From the IMG/VR virus record IMGVR_UViG_3300047445_000406, positions 1-64,000 of that record: DNA of 64,000 nt, one strand, 5' to 3'. A program made the position numbers and the translations under genes. This stretch comes from a virus. This document shows positions 9,595 to 17,014 of the stretch, piece by piece (within the stretch, counting starts at the first letter, position 1; each line of letters starts with the position of its first letter). Below the pieces are notes generated by a model, which worked only from the letters and a program-made list of their open reading frames with translations, was not told the origin of the DNA and searched no databases.

Positions 9595-10439
9595 GCCCGG
9601 CCTCCTACAATCTCCGCTTCACCCATCTCAATCACCAGGCGCTGCTCGGCTGCATGCTGGGCATTGATGGCGCCGGAAGCGATCGCTTTACGCTGGGCCT
9701 CGGCCAGTTCCATCGTGGTTTCCCGCAGTGCCTTAATGGCATCGTTCTCCTTGACGGCAATATCCATCTCGATCTTCTTGACTTCCGGAGGACGGAGTTG
9801 GGTGAGCACGGAATTTAAGGCATCGGCCCGGACCTTCTCCGATTGAGCGGAGAGCCCCAATTCAAACTGGGCATTCAAGGCTCGCTGGTACATGTCCTGG
9901 TTCAGGACGTGCACCGGGATCAGGGTCTGTTCAAAGATCAGGTTGACCAGCTTGCCCTTGTTGTACGCCGACACATAGGAGGCAATGTCCTTGGGGGATA
10001 CCCCAGCTGCCACAAAGCCCTGGTACTTGTCCGGGAAGGTCTTCATGTAGGCCTCGATATTGGAGGAGCCCATCAGCTTGTGGCTGACGTACTTCACTGC
10101 ATCGAGGTACTGCTCGATCTTGAACTTCCCATCCTGCATGACACGGGTATAGGACAGCAGGTTGTCACGGTAATGCTCGAACTCCCCAGGGTTGGAGAGC
10201 GTGGCATTGATCTGGTCCACCAGCTGCTGGTTCAGGGACTTCTTCACCTTGTCAGGCAAGACTGCCCGGAACTGTTCCAGACTCAGTGAGAGTGGATTGG
10301 CAGGGGATACGGTAACGACTGCAGGAACAGTGACGCTTGCTGCTGGTTCAACCACATGAGCATCAGCCACGGTTGGATTGGAAGCAGTAGGAGCTGTAAC
10401 TGTTGCTCTATTATTTGGGTGGTCATCGAAGATGGACAT
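9591..10439 (-). CDS. N4 gp69-like protein (putative terminase small subunit)
   Basis: YRDNLLSYTRV--DGKFKI-QYLDAVKYVSHKLMG, YNKGKLVNLIFEQTLIP, SEKVR-DA motifs; start moved to ATG 10439 (AAGG upstream). Confidence 0.85.
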   Translation of the reverse strand: MSIFDDHPNNRATVTAPTASNPTVADAHVVEPAASVTVPAVVTVSPANPLSLSLEQFRAVLPDKVKKSLNQQLVDQINATLSNPGEFEHYRDNLLSYTRVMQDGKFKIEQYLDAVKYVSHKLMGSSNIEAYMKTFPDKYQGFVAAGVSPKDIASYVSAYNKGKLVNLIFEQTLIPVHVLNQDMYQRALNAQFELGLSAQSEKVRADALNSVLTQLRPPEVKKIEMDIAVKENDAIKALRETTMELAEAQRKAIASGAINAQHAAEQRLVIEMGEAEIVGGRA

Positions 10440-10475
10440 GGCATGACTTACCTTATTGAAGGTTGACCTTATGGC

Positions 10476-10512
10476 GCTGCTTCGCAGCACCTATACCAAC
10501 TGCGTTGGTATA
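10476..10512. repeat. Tandem triloop hairpins near the predicted genome end
   Basis: GCTGC-TTC-GCAGC and TATACCAAC-TGC-GTTGGTATA; both read C-GNA-G on the bottom strand. Confidence 0.6.
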
Positions 10513-10725
10513 TCGGGTGTATATGGTTGCCATGGTACCTGAATGTCTGAAAACAATGTTGACAAAAAACATGTTGTCAGAAAGAAACGAAGGGTTGGTA
10601 CAAATATTGCTAGAAAATAAACGGAAGGGTCTGGCAGATTTTCTTACCTGGGTACAGGTGCAGTACTGACAGCTTGAGGACAAAAAACAAAACTACCCCC
10701 CCCCTACTTCAACTACCTACCCCAC

Positions 10726-10746
10726 TGGCCTACGGCCATGCACTGG
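10726..10746 (+). promoter_or_regulatory. Virion-RNAP hairpin promoter (early, P1)
   Basis: TGGCC-TAC-GGCCA-TGCAC-TGG; template strand forms a 5-bp stem with a C-GTA-G triloop like N4 vRNAP promoters. Confidence 0.8.
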
Positions 10747-10795
10747 ATGGATTGATCATCCATTCTTCATTCATCTCTAACGTTAGGAGTTCACC

Positions 10796-11020
10796 ATGTT
10801 CACTGCCATTGGTTCTGCCATCATTCAATTCTGTGCTGCTGTCTCTACCCTGTTTGCTGCTGCGGAGAAGGGTGCTAAAGCCCTCGATCACCTCGCTGGC
10901 TGGAGTGAAGAGACTGCTGGTGCTTTCGCTGATGAAGCCCGTATCACCCGTCGCGCTAAGCTCAATGCCCTGCGTTCCCAGACTGGTGTGACTGAAGCTG
11001 AAGTGGCTATCCCTCAGTAA
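10796..11020 (+). CDS. First early gene, helical hypothetical protein
   Basis: RBS AGGAG; lies between hairpin promoter P1 and a terminator. Confidence 0.8.
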   Translation: MFTAIGSAIIQFCAAVSTLFAAAEKGAKALDHLAGWSEETAGAFADEARITRRAKLNALRSQTGVTEAEVAIPQ

Positions 11021-11027
11021 TCCCTTG

Positions 11028-11059
11028 GCCATCACCCTCACCGGTGGTGGCTTTGCTTT
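11028..11059 (+). terminator. Intrinsic terminator
   Basis: GCCATCACC-loop-GGTGGTGGC-TTTGCTTT. Confidence 0.7.
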
Positions 11060-11123
11060 CTACACAACACACTTCTACACACGGAGACAGTGCCATCCAA
11101 TGCCCATGCCATCGACTACTCAT

Positions 11124-11144
11124 TGCCCTTCGGGCATGGAGTGG
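11124..11144 (+). promoter_or_regulatory. Virion-RNAP hairpin promoter (early, P2)
   Basis: TGCCC-TTC-GGGCA-TGGAG-TGG; template loop C-GAA-G; G lies 11 nt from loop centre (11141). Confidence 0.85.
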
Positions 11145-11194
11145 AATACAGTTGATCCTGTATTAATTTCAAATGAATAACATTGGAGAACAGC

Positions 11195-11470
11195 ATGATC
11201 ATTTCCCGTACTGAACGTAAGTGGACCATCGTGATGGCAGTGCTGATGTTGCTGGCAGCTGTCTCTTACCTGATCGTCATCGATGTTCAAGTGCTGCCTG
11301 AAAGTGGCATTACGTGGAGTCAGCTGAAACTGGGAGATCTGATCTTCCTGCTGATTCCGGCACTGATGCTGGTCATCTATGCCACTGCACTGTTGCTATT
11401 CTATAAACAACGTGGCTGGCATCACCTGAACAGCAAGTGCTACCAAGGCAGTAAATTCCCTTGGCTATAA
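11195..11470 (+). CDS. Early membrane protein (2 TM)
   Basis: GGAG RBS before ATG 11195; two hydrophobic helices. Confidence 0.65.
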   Translation: MIISRTERKWTIVMAVLMLLAAVSYLIVIDVQVLPESGITWSQLKLGDLIFLLIPALMLVIYATALLLFYKQRGWHHLNSKCYQGSKFPWL

Positions 11471-11660
11471 CGAGGATGAGGTAATGAAAATGATTACCTC
11501 TATATAGCTAAAAGTAGTAAGGGATGGGCCAAAACAGTGTTTCTGGTACATTTCCATCTCTTTCCCTACTACAACTATTTCCTCCCCTAAACCGATACTC
11601 ACCCGTGGTACTAACGGTGTAAGTACTCACACCCTCATAACACTTATCATTTATACATCT

Positions 11661-11777
11661 ATGACTACTAAACTCACCCTGATCGAAAAGATCAAGATCA
11701 CCATCCTGATCGTTGCAGCATCCATTGCCATTGGCAGCCTGTATGCGGCTGTGCACTTCATCATCAAGTTCTGGTGA
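11661..11777 (+). CDS. 38-aa single-TM peptide
   Basis: MTTKLTLIEKIKITILIVAASIAIGSLYAAVHFIIKFW*, below the ORF-track cutoff; abuts next gene. Confidence 0.5.
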   Translation: MTTKLTLIEKIKITILIVAASIAIGSLYAAVHFIIKFW

Positions 11778-11779
11778 CT

Positions 11780-12079
11780 ATGACTGCTCACACCATCTAC
11801 GTACACGACTCAGACACTGCTCGTGCTCTGTTTGTTGCAGCGACCATCGCACTCATCAAACAGGGCAAGGTCATCGTCATCGACAGCCTGACCTCCTATC
11901 TCAAAGAGATCGAGGACATGACCTTTCCTGTGCTGATTGATGATGCTTTCTATGATCGTCCTACGCAGCGTGTACGCGACCATGGCAGGCCTCCGGCCAA
12001 GCATAGGTACAAATCCTCATCCCTCAATTTAAATCGTCCTGTGGTGCGTGCTATGCGCTCCGTGAACCGCAATCGTTAA
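11780..12079 (+). CDS. Hypothetical early protein
   Basis: ORF in early operon with basic C-terminus. Confidence 0.65.
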   Translation: MTAHTIYVHDSDTARALFVAATIALIKQGKVIVIDSLTSYLKEIEDMTFPVLIDDAFYDRPTQRVRDHGRPPAKHRYKSSSLNLNRPVVRAMRSVNRNR

Positions 12080-12089
12080 AGGAATCATC

Positions 12090-12287
12090 ATGCAATCTCG
12101 TAACCAGCTCCAAGGCCGTTACACCGGTGCTTTCCGTGGGCACCATACCCGTGACCATTTCAAGACTGGTCGTCATCTGCGCAGTGTCAGTACCTTTAAC
12201 GCCAATCACACGCAGCGTAAGCAGTGGATGATGATCATGCGTAATCTCAAATCCAAACCACCTGTAGTGGATCCCATCCCTTTCTAA
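12090..12287 (+). CDS. Small basic (Arg/His-rich) hypothetical protein
   Basis: RBS AAGGA. Confidence 0.6.
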   Translation: MQSRNQLQGRYTGAFRGHHTRDHFKTGRHLRSVSTFNANHTQRKQWMMIMRNLKSKPPVVDPIPF

Positions 12288-12296
12288 GGAATCCTC

Positions 12297-12578
12297 ATGT
12301 GCCAATTCTGTGAACAAAAACAAGCAGTACAGGATGTCTGTGAATCCCTTGGTGCTGCCATGACCGGGCTTACGGATATCTCTATGGTCCTTGTGGTCGG
12401 GGATGACCAGTCCGAGCCCATGGCTGAAGTACAGCAACGCTCACACCTGATCTGTGGTGCCCTGAAGCTCATGGGCTTCACGGTGCATCCGCATCGCGGC
12501 AATTTCAAACCACAGCACTTCATCACCGTGCTGTTCCAAACCAATCCGGGATCCAATCCATCCCACTATCGTCACTAG
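12297..12578 (+). CDS. Hypothetical protein
   Basis: RBS AAGGA; N-terminal CxxC. Confidence 0.6.
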   Translation: MCQFCEQKQAVQDVCESLGAAMTGLTDISMVLVVGDDQSEPMAEVQQRSHLICGALKLMGFTVHPHRGNFKPQHFITVLFQTNPGSNPSHYRH

Positions 12579-12606
12579 TTCATTCATTAATCTAAGGAGC
12601 TACATC

Positions 12607-12789
12607 ATGTCCATGATCCGCACCCTCATCTGCCTGCCACTCATGGTAATCATGTGGCTCTTGCAGACCTTGTTCCAAGTTGCATCCATCCTTGTCATGC
12701 TCCCAGTGGGCGTGGCAATCGCTATCGCTGTGGGCTGCCTGCATGCCTACGAACACTTCACCAAACCAAAGAAGCAGGAGATCAAATAA
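12607..12789 (+). CDS. Small membrane protein
   Basis: RBS AAGGAG; long hydrophobic stretch with basic tail. Confidence 0.65.
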   Translation: MSMIRTLICLPLMVIMWLLQTLFQVASILVMLPVGVAIAIAVGCLHAYEHFTKPKKQEIK

Positions 12790-13052
12790 TGCGCCTATCC
12801 TTTCTCGCACCCAGTGCAAAAGTAGCTAAGCCTGTGCTTACCACAGCACTGGTCAACATCGTTAAGCTGGCCAGCACCATCGGTACTCTGTGCACCAGCA
12901 ACCTGATCATGGATCTGGCTGTAGGCAATCACTACAGCTATCCTGATTACCAGATGCTGTGCAAGTGCCTTGACCGTATCCCTGAAACCGAGAAGGCCTA
13001 TGCTAACAAGGTGCAGGAACATTCCCAACTTTCCCTGATGGAGATCTACTGA
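12789..13052 (+). CDS. Hypothetical protein
   Basis: AGGAG RBS and TAATG overlap with the upstream stop; begins MRLSFLAPS. Confidence 0.55.
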   Translation: MRLSFLAPSAKVAKPVLTTALVNIVKLASTIGTLCTSNLIMDLAVGNHYSYPDYQMLCKCLDRIPETEKAYANKVQEHSQLSLMEIY

Positions 13053-13054
13053 TT

Positions 13055-13345
13055 ATGTGCGACCCAGTCCCAAACCATGATCCGAATGACTATGTCATCA
13101 CTGCCTATGACAAACGTTGGATCAGTGCAATGAACCTCAAGTTCACCTCATTAGAAGAACTGCTGGACTACAGCTGGGCACGTGATCTGGAATATCCACA
13201 CGTGAAGTATTATGCCCAGGCCAACGGTCTGGTACTGACTGACCATGATTTCTTCCAAGGCTACAGCGATCGCCAAGCCAAGATGGAAGAACACTTCCGC
13301 ACCGCTGCCGCCGTACAAGGTGGCATCCTGTCCGAGCATTTCTAA
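13055..13345 (+). CDS. Hypothetical protein
   Basis: GGAG RBS; contiguous with operon. Confidence 0.6.
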   Translation: MCDPVPNHDPNDYVITAYDKRWISAMNLKFTSLEELLDYSWARDLEYPHVKYYAQANGLVLTDHDFFQGYSDRQAKMEEHFRTAAAVQGGILSEHF

Positions 13346-13374
13346 GCCGGTACCATCTCTGTCCTCTCTGCTCT

Positions 13375-13396
13375 ATGGGCTTCGCCCATGGGGTGG
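13375..13396 (+). promoter_or_regulatory. Virion-RNAP hairpin promoter (early, P3)
   Basis: ATGGGC-TTC-GCCCAT-GGGG-TGG; template loop C-GAA-G; same downstream CATG-NNN-TGG as P1/P2. Confidence 0.85.
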
Positions 13397-13535
13397 ATGG
13401 TGTGCCATGTCCCCAATGCCTGCTCGCGCTGTGTGAGCCTTCCTGCCTCCTCTGGTTGCGGGTTGGTGTTGTTGGCACACCTTCTCTCTTTCATCTCCTA
13501 TCTCTATCATCTCTATTCACTGTAAAGGAACCATC

Positions 13536-13865
13536 ATGGCCTTCGATACCAACAACGGCAGCACCGTAACCCGCAATGGCAATAGCAATGCCGGTGCCCA
13601 ATCCTCTGGCAACGACAACTGGAAGGCTGAATCCTTCCTCAACATCTACCTGCCGTCGGCGGGTGGTGGCCGTGTCAAGCTGGGTGCCATCCCGCTGAAG
13701 AAGGACAAGCCACGCGAGAAGCAGCTGTCCGACTGGCTGCGTGAAGACTCCGAAGACAAGGTACGCCTGAACAAGCTGCTGCTGTCCCTGATCATCGAGT
13801 TCAATCCGGCCGAGCAAACCGACGCCAACAACTTCGCGCTGTTCGGCGAAGATCCGGCTGTATAA
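13536..13865 (+). CDS. ssDNA-binding RNAP II cofactor (Drc / N4 gp2 functional type)
   Basis: Asn/Ser-rich N-terminus then FLNIYLPS--GGRVKLGAIPL...LSDWL...LIIEFNP, resembling recalled LUZ7 Drc; own early promoter and terminator. Confidence 0.7.
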   Translation: MAFDTNNGSTVTRNGNSNAGAQSSGNDNWKAESFLNIYLPSAGGGRVKLGAIPLKKDKPREKQLSDWLREDSEDKVRLNKLLLSLIIEFNPAEQTDANNFALFGEDPAV

Positions 13866-13968
13866 GCCTTACCATCATCATCGCCTCAGTAGGGCTGCCC
13901 TCTACCGCATCGGGCGCGTCGGCAGCCTCATACCAAAACCACCATGCAGATAGCATGGGGTTTATGAC

Positions 13969-14013
13969 ACCACCATTCCCTTGCGAATCAAGGGGTGGTG
14001 GCTCTTTTTTATT
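13969..14013 (+). terminator. Intrinsic terminator
   Basis: CACCATTCCCTTG-CGAAT-CAAGGGGTGGTG-GCTCTTTTTT. Confidence 0.85.
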
Positions 14014-14043
14014 TGACCACAGTAGACAGTTGAGTTACAGCAT

Positions 14044-14064
14044 GGGCCTCCGGCCATGGTGTGG
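14044..14064 (+). promoter_or_regulatory. Virion-RNAP hairpin promoter (early, P4) driving the RNAP II cluster
   Basis: GGCC-TCC-GGCC-ATGGTG-TGG; template loop C-GGA-G; G at predicted +1 (14061). Confidence 0.75.
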
Positions 14065-14100
14065 TGTAGCTGGACTCACATTTAAACCAAGGAGTAAATC

Positions 14101-14481
14101 ATGATCTTCGTATTCGGCAGCAATCTCGCAGGTGTCCACGGTGCTGGCGCCGCACGCTATGCACTGGAACATGAAGGTGCAGAGTGGGGCTATGGTGTTG
14201 GCCAGATCGGCAACAGCTATGCCATCCCAACCAAGGATTACAAGATCAACAGTCTGCCCTTGGATATCATCAAGTTTCACGTACAGGTCTTCATCAGCTA
14301 TGCCGATCTACATCCTGAACTGGAATTCAAGGTGACACGCATCGGCTGTGGACTGGCTGGCTTCACCGATGAACAGATCGCACCACTGTTCGAGCGTGCA
14401 CCCAACAACTGCCTGTTTGACACCGCATGGCAGGACTATCTGGATTGCCGTCATTCCCGCAAATACTGGGGCCATCAGTAA
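14101..14481 (+). CDS. N4 gp14-like protein (macrodomain-related 'IFVFGSN' family)
   Basis: IFVFGSNLAGVHGAGAA...SYAIPT...F-VTRIGCGLAG--EQIAPLF signature. Confidence 0.75.
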   Translation: MIFVFGSNLAGVHGAGAARYALEHEGAEWGYGVGQIGNSYAIPTKDYKINSLPLDIIKFHVQVFISYADLHPELEFKVTRIGCGLAGFTDEQIAPLFERAPNNCLFDTAWQDYLDCRHSRKYWGHQ

Positions 14482-14493
14482 GTAGGAGCCATC

Positions 14494-14724
14494 ATGTCTA
14501 CTTCTTACTTGTTTCATCCTCAGCGACTTCCACAAATACTGACTGATAAAAAGATACTTCCCAGATTGACACGGGAAGATGACCTACTGTATGCGGACTG
14601 CTACCTGCACACTGAAAACAACGGTCTGTGGTGGAGATACTGGACACAGGGGCATCAGTGGAAGGGTGTCGAATACAAAGATGTACCGGGCGAATTCAAA
14701 GCCCAGCTTTTACTTATCAAATAA
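14494..14724 (+). CDS. Small protein, C-terminal PxExKAxxLL family member 1
   Basis: RBS AGGAG; ends DVPGEFKAQLLLIK. Confidence 0.7.
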   Translation: MSTSYLFHPQRLPQILTDKKILPRLTREDDLLYADCYLHTENNGLWWRYWTQGHQWKGVEYKDVPGEFKAQLLLIK

Positions 14725-14735
14725 GGAGTTTCACC

Positions 14736-15686
14736 ATGCCCAATATGGATCTTTTGAACCAAGAGTTCAACGAGAAACGGTACAACCGCAAGTACATCGA
14801 CGGTTATATCCGCAAAGAGATCTTGGCTAATCCAGACATGGTGGCCAAGATGCAGGATGGCGTATCCCGGTTAATCCAGTGGATGCAGGGCAGTTACTAC
14901 CCTTCCAAGGACAACCGCATTGCCCAGCTGCGAGGACTGGATCTGCAGGCACTAGTACTGGATGTGTTTGTCGGTGTGGCCTACTGCCAGACGCCGGAGC
15001 TATTCACGTCAGTGACCGCACAGCTGGCGGGCAGGCTGGGTTTCAGCGACAAGACGGCCGCCATTACCACGGTGGCCGAGATCACCGCCATCCTGTGCTA
15101 CACCGATGCCTTCGACATCCGCAAGGCCAGCAAGATGGCCAGCCTTGAGGTAGTTTCCTGCATCCCACTTAGTGTCGGCTTGGTGGACTTCGTCATCAAC
15201 TCCCAGTACCTGCCGCCGATGGTGTGCGAGCCACAGCACCTGAAGCACAACTTCAGCAGTGGCTACCTGACGCACAACGATTCATTGATCCTTGGCGGGC
15301 CGATCAACCACCACGATGGGGACATCTGTCTGGACGTGCTCAACACCATGAACAAGGTGGCACTGAAGCTGGATCTGGACTTCCTGTGCACCGTGGAGGA
15401 AGAGCCCACGTTTGCCTTGGACACCGAAGACAAACGCATGCAGTGGGAGAATTTCAAGAAGCAGTCATATCGCTTCTACGACCTGATACAAAGCCAAGGT
15501 AACCGCTTCTACCTGACGCACAAGGTGGACAAGCGGGGCCGCATCTATGCCCAGGGCTACCACATCACCACGCAGGGTACTGCGTTCAAGAAGGCCATGC
15601 TGGAACTGGCAGAGCCTGAATATATCGAAGGAGTGCCATGTCCAACATGTCCAAGCGCATCTACTACTTCCACGACAAACAGCTGA
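14736..15686 (+). CDS. RNA polymerase II subunit 1 (N4 gp15; T7-like RNAP N-terminal half)
   Basis: QYLPPMVCEP, NHHDGDICLDVLN, FYLTHKVDKRGRIYAQGYHITTQG; start ATG 14736 with AAGGAG. Confidence 0.92.
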   Translation: MPNMDLLNQEFNEKRYNRKYIDGYIRKEILANPDMVAKMQDGVSRLIQWMQGSYYPSKDNRIAQLRGLDLQALVLDVFVGVAYCQTPELFTSVTAQLAGRLGFSDKTAAITTVAEITAILCYTDAFDIRKASKMASLEVVSCIPLSVGLVDFVINSQYLPPMVCEPQHLKHNFSSGYLTHNDSLILGGPINHHDGDICLDVLNTMNKVALKLDLDFLCTVEEEPTFALDTEDKRMQWENFKKQSYRFYDLIQSQGNRFYLTHKVDKRGRIYAQGYHITTQGTAFKKAMLELAEPEYIEGVPCPTCPSASTTSTTNS

Positions 15687-15856
15687 TTCCCAAACCAGTA
15701 GAAGGGCAGGAAGCTCATGGATCCTACTGCTTCCGCCCTGATCTGGAACCGGAATGGCTGATCCGAATCACCTATGGTGGCACACCTATGTGGGTATCGG
15801 CCAATGCCTTCGGTATCCCGCCAGAGGTCAAGGCCATGGCCCTCTTACTCAAATAA
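15638..15856 (+). CDS. Small protein, family member 2
   Basis: RBS AAGGAG; ends GIPPEVKAMALLLK; overlaps the last 49 nt of RNAP1. Confidence 0.7.
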   Translation: MSNMSKRIYYFHDKQLIPKPVEGQEAHGSYCFRPDLEPEWLIRITYGGTPMWVSANAFGIPPEVKAMALLLK

Positions 15857-15866
15857 AGGAACCAAC

Positions 15867-16076
15867 ATGTCCCTGAAAGTTCAAGCCTTTTACGGTGCCC
15901 AGTACTTGGGCAACGAAACCACGATCGATGATATCGACCGCATGCCGGACGATACCTACCTGCTGATGAATGGTCACTGGTACCAGAAGGTGAACAGTGC
16001 CACGGCACGCATCGCCAAGGTGGATCTGCCAGCGGAGATCAAAGCGCAGCTGGCCCTGTTGGGGATTGCGCCATGA
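15867..16076 (+). CDS. Small protein, family member 3
   Basis: RBS AAGGA, ATG 15867; ends DLPAEIKAQLALLGIAP. Confidence 0.7.
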   Translation: MSLKVQAFYGAQYLGNETTIDDIDRMPDDTYLLMNGHWYQKVNSATARIAKVDLPAEIKAQLALLGIAP

Positions 16077-16357
16077 ATATCAACAGCAACGGTGAGATCA
16101 GCTTCGCCAATGGAGGCCCGGTCAAGGACTACCACGTGTTCATGGGTACCGAGTATCTGGGTACCTTGGATATGGTCTGGCTGAAAATCTATAACAGTGC
16201 TTTGCTGGTGGATATGAACAAGTACTACCAGACTGCCTTCATCTACCACCACACCAACCGACCAGTGCATTTCAAATGGTGGCGGCCTGATGGGACACCG
16301 CGGAGCAGTGGCGATGTGCCGAAAGCATTCATCGTCATGGCCACGCTGGTGACATGA
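16073..16357 (+). CDS. Small protein, family member 4
   Basis: ATGA overlap; FMGTEYLG; ends DVPKAFIVMATLVT. Confidence 0.65.
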   Translation: MNINSNGEISFANGGPVKDYHVFMGTEYLGTLDMVWLKIYNSALLVDMNKYYQTAFIYHHTNRPVHFKWWRPDGTPRSSGDVPKAFIVMATLVT

Positions 16358-16722
16358 TGAACCGATCCAACATCCGATGGAGGACATGGATGAACCCAGA
16401 AGACAACAGCATCACAATCAATATGACTTTTGATGACGGAGCAAGCTGCAAATGGTACCTGTTCGTCAACAACAAGTTCATTGGCAGCAGTGATGGCGAC
16501 GGTACCTTGACGGTCAAGGAACTACCACCATACGTAATCCATGTGTGTTATCAGGATCCGAACTTCGGCTACGTCTGGAAGAACCAGTCAAACCAGCCAG
16601 TGAAGCTGAAGGCCTTGCACCCGGAACTTCAGGCAGCAGCTCTACTGCTTGGCTTGAATGATGCGATGGATGCTGCCGTCAATACTGGTGGTGTCAACTG
16701 GCTGAAGAAGAGGCAACCATGA
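16354..16722 (+). CDS. Small protein, family member 5
   Basis: ATGA overlap; FVNNKFIG; LHPELQAAALLLG near the C-terminus. Confidence 0.65.
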   Translation: MMNRSNIRWRTWMNPEDNSITINMTFDDGASCKWYLFVNNKFIGSSDGDGTLTVKELPPYVIHVCYQDPNFGYVWKNQSNQPVKLKALHPELQAAALLLGLNDAMDAAVNTGGVNWLKKRQP

Positions 16723-16991
16723 ACAAGTTCATCATCATCACCATGTTCGACCACGAGATCCACGAGTACCCGGAGCATCTCCCCATGCCACTGCCTACCC
16801 ATCTCAGTGTCACCGATGCCTATGGCTACATGGTGAATACCGGGCAGTGGTATCGACTGTGGAAAGGGCTGGAAACCAGCCGTATGTACACTGGCGGCCG
16901 CACCAATTTCATCATGTCCCGCAAATGGGCCGAGCGTCCTCCGGACAAAATACCAGGCCGCATCAAAGCCCAAGTCACCCTACTCGCTTAA
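16719..16991 (+). CDS. Small protein, family member 6
   Basis: ATGA overlap; ends KIPGRIKAQVTLLA. Confidence 0.7.
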   Translation: MNKFIIITMFDHEIHEYPEHLPMPLPTHLSVTDAYGYMVNTGQWYRLWKGLETSRMYTGGRTNFIMSRKWAERPPDKIPGRIKAQVTLLA

Positions 16992-17014
16992 ACACTTAAA
17001 CCAAGGAACCAATC

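Noticed and set aside
14628-14735. Upstream extensions in the ORF track for RNAP1 (also 21617, 15774, 23656, 23994, 60092, 60753)
   Set aside because: They overlap upstream genes or terminators; downstream ATGs have clear RBSs or start-stop coupling.
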